Shown here one piece after another: positions 59,501-64,000 of a stretch of 64,000 bases of DNA (positions are counted from its first letter, which is position 1; each line of letters starts with the position of its first letter). The stretch is from Eledone cirrhosa (taxonomy: Eukaryota): positions 30,628,001 through 30,692,000 of the forward strand of contig OZ024742.1 in assembly GCA_964016885.1 (NCBI GenBank), written 5' to 3'. Below the pieces are notes generated by a model. The model ran no database searches. It had not been told where the DNA came from and worked only from the letters and a program-made list of their open reading frames with translations. The position numbers and the translations under genes were made by a program.

Positions 59501-62500
59501 GTCCTAAATTGGTGTGGTCTCTCTCATTCCGAACTTGGTGTGGTCTCTCTCAGTCCAAACTTGTTGTGGTCTCTCTCAGTCCTAAGTTCGTGCTGTCTCT
59601 CTCTCAGTCCTAACTTGGTGTGGTCTCTCTCAGTCCTAACTTAGTGTAGTCTCTCTCAGTCCTAACATGGTGTAGTCTCTCTCAGTCTTAACTTGGTGTA
59701 GTCTCTCAGTCCATACTTGGTGTAGACTCTATCAGTCCTAACTTGGTGTGGTCTCCCTCAGTCCTAAGTTGGTGTGGTCTCTCTCAGTCCTAACTTGGTG
59801 TGGTCTCTCTCAGTCCTAACTTGGTGTGGTCTCTCTCAGTCCTAACTTGGTGTGGTCTCTCTCAGTCCTTACTTGGTGTAGTAACTCTCAGTCCTAAGTT
59901 GGTGTGGTCTCTCTCAGTCCTTACTTGGTGTAGTCTCCCTCAGTCTTAACTTGGTATGGTCTCCCTCAGTCCTAAGTTGGTGTGGTCTCTCTCAGTCCTA
60001 AGTTGGTGTGGTCTATCTCACTCCTAAGCTCGTGTGGTCTCCCTCAGTCCTAAGTTTGTGTGGTCTCTCTCAGTCCTAATTTAGTGTAGTCTCTCTCTCA
60101 GTCCTAAGTTGGTGTAGTCTCTCTCAGTCCTAAGTTGGTGTGATCTCTCTCAGTCCTAAGGTGGTGTGGTCTCTCTCAGTCCTAACTTAGTGTAGTCTCT
60201 CTCAGTCCTAAGTTGGTGTGGTCTCTCTCAGTCCTAAGGTGGTGTGGTTTCTCTCAGTCCTAACTTGGTGTGGTCACTCTCCGTCCTAAGTTGGTGTGGT
60301 CTCTCTCAGTCCTAACTTGGTGTGGTCTGTCTCAGTCCTTACTTGGTGTAGTCACTCTCAGTCCTAACTTGGTGTAGTCTCTCTCAGTCCTAAGTTGGTG
60401 TGGTCTATCTCAGTCCTAAGTTGGTGTGGTCTCTCTCAGTCCTAAGTTGGTGTGGTCTCTCTCAGTCCTGACTTGGTGTAGTCTCTCTCAGTCCTGACTT
60501 GGTGTCGTCTCTCTCAGTCCTAACTAGCTGTAGTCTCTCTCAGTCCTAAGTTGGTGTGGTCTCTCTCAGTCCTATGTTGGTGTGGTCTCTCTCAGTCCGA
60601 ACTTGGTGTGGTCTCTCTCAGTCCTAACTTGTTGTGGTCTCTCTCAGTCCTAAGTACGTGCTGTCTCTCTCTCAGTCCTAACTTGGTGTGGTCTCTCACA
60701 GTCCTAACTTGGTGTAGTCTCTCTCAGTCCTAACATGGTGTAGTCTCTCTCAGTCTTAACTTGGTGTAGTCTCTCTCAGTCCATACTTGGTGTAGTCTCT
60801 ATCAGTCCTAACTTGGTGTGGTCTCCCTCAGTCCTAAGTTGGTGTGGTCTCTCTCAGTCCTAACTTGGTGTGGTCTCTCTCAGTCCTAACTTGGTGTGGT
60901 CTCTCTCAGTCCTTACTTAGTGTAGTAACTCTCAGTCCTAAGTTGGTGTGGTCTCTCTCAGTCCTTACTTGGTGTAGTCTCCCTCAGTCTTAACTTGGTG
61001 TGGTCTCCCTCAGTCCTAAGTTGGTGTGGTCTCTCTCAGTCCTAAGTTGGTGTGGTCTATCTCACTCCTAAGTTGGTGTGGTCTCTCTCAGTCCTAAGTT
61101 GGTGTGGTCTCTCTCATTCCTAACTTGGTGTAGTCTCTTTCAGTCCTAAGTTGGTGTGTTCTCTCTCAGTCCTAACTTGGTGTAGTCTCTCTCAGTCGTA
61201 ACTTGGTGTGGTCTCTCTAAGTCCTAACTTGGTGAAGTCTCTCTCAGTCCTAACATGGTGTAGTCTCTCTCAGTCGTAACTTGGTGTAGTCTCTCTCAGT
61301 CGTAACTTCGTGTAGTCTCTCTCAGTCCTAAGTTGGTGTGGTCTCTCTCAGTCCTAAGTTAGTGTGGTCTCTCTCAGTCCTAAGTTTGTGTGGTCTCTCT
61401 CAGTCCTAACTTGGTGTGGGCTCTCTCAGTCCTAAGTTGGTGTCGTCTCTCTCAGTCCTAACTAAGTGTAGTCTCTCTCAGTCCTAAGTTTGTGTGGTCT
61501 CTCTCAGTCCTAAGTTGGTGTGGTCTCTCTCAGTCCGAACTTGGTGTGGTCTCTCTCAGTCCTAACTTGTTGTGGTCTCTCTCAGTCCTAAGTTCGTGCT
61601 GTCTCTCTCTCAGTCCTAACTTGGTGTGGTCTTTCTCAGTCCTAACTTGGTGTAGTCTCTCTCAGTCCTAACATGGTGTAGTCTCTCTCAGTCTTAACTT
61701 GGTGTAGTCTCTCTCAGTCCATACTTGGTGTAGTCTCTATCAGTCCTAACTTGGTGTGGTCTCCCTCAGTCCTAAGTTGGTGTGGTCTCTCTCAGTCCTA
61801 ACTTGGTGTAGTCTCTCTCAGTCCTAAGTTGGTGTGGTCTCTCTCAGTCCTAAGTTGGTGTGGTCTCTCTCAGTCCTAACTTGGTGTGGTCTCTCTCAGT
61901 CCTAACTTGGTGTGGTCTATCTCACTCCTAAGTTGGTGTGGTCTCTCTCAGTCCTAAGTTGGTGTGGTCTCTCTCATTCCTAACTTGGTGTAGTCTCTTT
62001 CAGTCCTAAGTTGGTGTGTTCTCTCTCAGTCCTAACTTGGTGTGGTCTCTCTCATTGCTTACTTGGTGTAGTCTCTCTCAGTCCTAACTTGGTGTAGTCT
62101 CTTTCAGTCCTAAGTTCGTGTGGTCTCCCTCAGTCCTAAGTTGGTGTGATCTCTCTCAGTCCTAAGTTGGTGTGGTCTATCTCAGTCCTAAGTTGGTGTG
62201 TTCTCTCTCAGTCCTAACTTGGTGTGGTCTCTCTCAGTCCTAACTTAGTGTAGTCTCTCTCAGTCCTAAGTTGGTGTGGTCTCTCTCAGTCCTAAGTTGG
62301 TGTAGTCTCTCTCAGTCCGAACTTGGTGTGGTCTCTCTCAGTCCTAAGTTGGTGTGGTCTCTCTCATTCCTAACTTGGTGTAGTCTCTTTCAGTCCTAAG
62401 TTGGTGTAGTCTCTCTCAGTCCTAAGTTGGTGTGGTCTCTCTCAGTCCTAACTTGGTGTGGTCTCTCTCAGCCCTAACTTGGTGTGGTCTCTCTCAGTCC

Positions 62501-63540
62501 TAACTTAGTGTAGTCTCTCTCAGTCCTAAGTTGGTGTGGTCTCTCTCAGTCCTAAGTTGGTGTAGTCTCTCTCAGTCGAACTTGGTGTGGTCTCTCTCAG
62601 TCCTAAGTTGGTGTGGTCTCTCTCATTCCTAACTTGGTGTAGTCTCTTTCAGTCCTAAGTTGGTGTAGTCTCTCTCAGTCCTATGTTGGTGTGGTCTCTC
62701 TCAGTCCTAACTTGGTGTGGTCTCTCTCAGCCCTAACTTGGTGTGGTCTCTCTCAGTCCTAACTTGGTCTGGTCACTCTCAGTCTTAAGTTGGTGTGGTC
62801 TCTCTCAGTCCTAACTTGGTGTGGTCTCTCTCAGTCCTTACTTGGTGTAGTCACTCTCAGTCCTAACTTGGTGTAGTCTCTCTCAGTCCTAAGTTGGTGT
62901 GGTCTATCTCAGTCCTAAGTTGGTGTGGTCTCTCTCAGTCCTAAGTTGGTGTAGTCTCTCTCAGTCCTAACTTGGTGTAGTCTCTCTCAGTCCTAAGTTG
63001 GTGTGGTCTCTCTCAGTCCTAAGTTGGTGTGGTCTCTCTCATTCCGAACTTGGTGTGGTCTCTCTCAGTCCAAACTTGTTGTGGTCTCTCTCAGTCCTAA
63101 GTTCGTGCTGTCTCTCTCTCAGTCCTAACTTGGTGTGGTCTCTCTCAGTCTTAACTTGGTGTAGTCTCTCAGTCCATACTTGGTGTAGACTCTATCAGTC
63201 CTAACTTGGTGTGGTCTCCCTCAGTCCTAAGTTGGTGTGGTCTCTCTCAGTCCTAACTTGGTGTGGTCTCTCTCAGTCCTAACTTGGTGTGGTCTCTCTC
63301 AGTCCTAACTTGGTGTGGTCTCTCTCAGTCCTTACTTGGTGTAGTAACTCTCAGTCCTAAGTTGGTGTGGTCTCTCTCAGTCCTTACTTGGTGTAGTCTC
63401 CCTCAGTCTTAACTTGGTGTGGTCTCCCTCAGTCCTAAGTTGGTGTGGTCTCTCTCAGTCCTAAGTTGGTGTGGTCTATCTCACTCCTAAGCTCGTGTGG
63501 TCTCCCTCAGTCCTAAGTTTGTGTGGTCTCTCTCAGTCCT
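56520..63540. repeat. Imperfect tandem duplication, period ~3.5 kb
   Basis: TACGTGCTG 57111/60655 (+3544), TTGGTGAAG 57711/61229 (+3518, one unit fewer), GGTCTGGTCA 59251/62766 (+3515). Boundaries are approximate. Confidence 0.85.
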
Positions 63541-64000
63541 AAGTTGGTGTGGTCTATCTCAGTCCTAAGTTGGTGTATTCTCTCTCAGTCCTAACTTGGT
63601 GTAGTCTCTCTCAGTCGTAACTTGGTGTAGTCTCCCTCAGTCCTAAGTTGGTGTGGTCTCTCTCAGTCCTAACTTGGTGTGGTCTCTCTCAGCCCTAACT
63701 TGGTGTGGTCTCTCTCAGTCCTAACTTAGTGTAGTCTATCTCAGTCCTAAGTTGGTGTGGTCTCTCTCAGTCCTAAGTTGGTGTAGTCTCTCTCAGTCCG
63801 AACTTGGTGTGGTCTCTCTCAGTCCTAAGTCGGTGTGGTCTCTCTCATTCCTAACTTGGTGTAGTCTCTTTCAGTCCTAAGTTGGTGTGTTCTCTCTCAG
63901 TCCTAACTTGGTGTGGTCTCTCTCATTCCTTACTTGGTGTATTCTCTCTCAGTCCTAACTTGGTGTAGTCTCTCTCAGTCCTAAGTTGGTGTGGTGTCTC

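Larger units (their letters stand above)
5167..64000. repeat. 26-bp tandem satellite, ~2,260 units, single orientation, continues off the right edge of the window
   Basis: Consensus CAGTCCTAA(C/G)TTGGTGT(G/A)GTCTCTCT throughout. I saw no inversions or foreign insertions by eye. Occasional 24-, 25-, 28- and 30-bp units arise from CT slippage or 1-bp deletions. Confidence 0.99.

Noticed and set aside
8084-63204. Sixteen 60-68 aa ORFs (mostly MVWSLSVLS...)
   Set aside because: They are translations of the 26-mer with TTG/GTG starts, open only where variants remove the recurring TAA/TAG. They were useful only as duplication markers.
5167-64000. CRISPR array (26-bp repeat is within CRISPR repeat size range)
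   Set aside because: Units are head-to-tail with no unique spacers, no cas genes are present, and the context is eukaryotic (SINE, CA microsatellite).
5167-64000. Telomeric repeat (CCTAA = TTAGG on the minus strand)
   Set aside because: Only one pentamer per 26-bp unit and never tandem. The motif is already present in the 59-bp precursor. A subtelomeric location cannot be judged from this window.

Overview
Eukaryotic repetitive DNA with no credible gene, CRISPR array or prokaryotic feature. About 99% of the window is two unrelated tandem satellites separated by a ~750 bp island. (1) 1-~4323 is ~96 copies of a 45-bp unit (TTGCTCAAGGACACAGTGGACTGGAGCACCATGGACTAAAGTGTC). Its reverse complement looks like the core segment of a tRNA-derived CORE-type SINE, and its last two copies are distinct and more SINE-like. 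(2) ~5167-64000 is ~2,260 copies of a 26-bp unit (CAGTCCTAASTTGGTGTRGTCTCTCT) with nested higher-order duplications (offsets 884, 1458, ~1540-1610, 1900, 2188, ~3.5 kb, 5911 and 9318 bp). The island holds a triplicated ~35-40 bp motif ending in a perfect 20-bp-arm palindrome, a compound (CA)n/(CATA)n microsatellite and a minus-strand tRNA-SINE fragment. It ends at two 59-bp units from which the 26-mer can be derived by one 33-bp deletion between AACTT microhomologies. The SINE motifs resemble, from memory only, abundant octopus/cephalopod SINEs, so a cephalopod source is a plausible but unverified inference. The most notable points are that putative founder units of both satellites are preserved facing the island, and that the 26-mer reads as branch point + polypyrimidine tract + CAG on the + strand. 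All supplied ORFs are explained by repeat translation.
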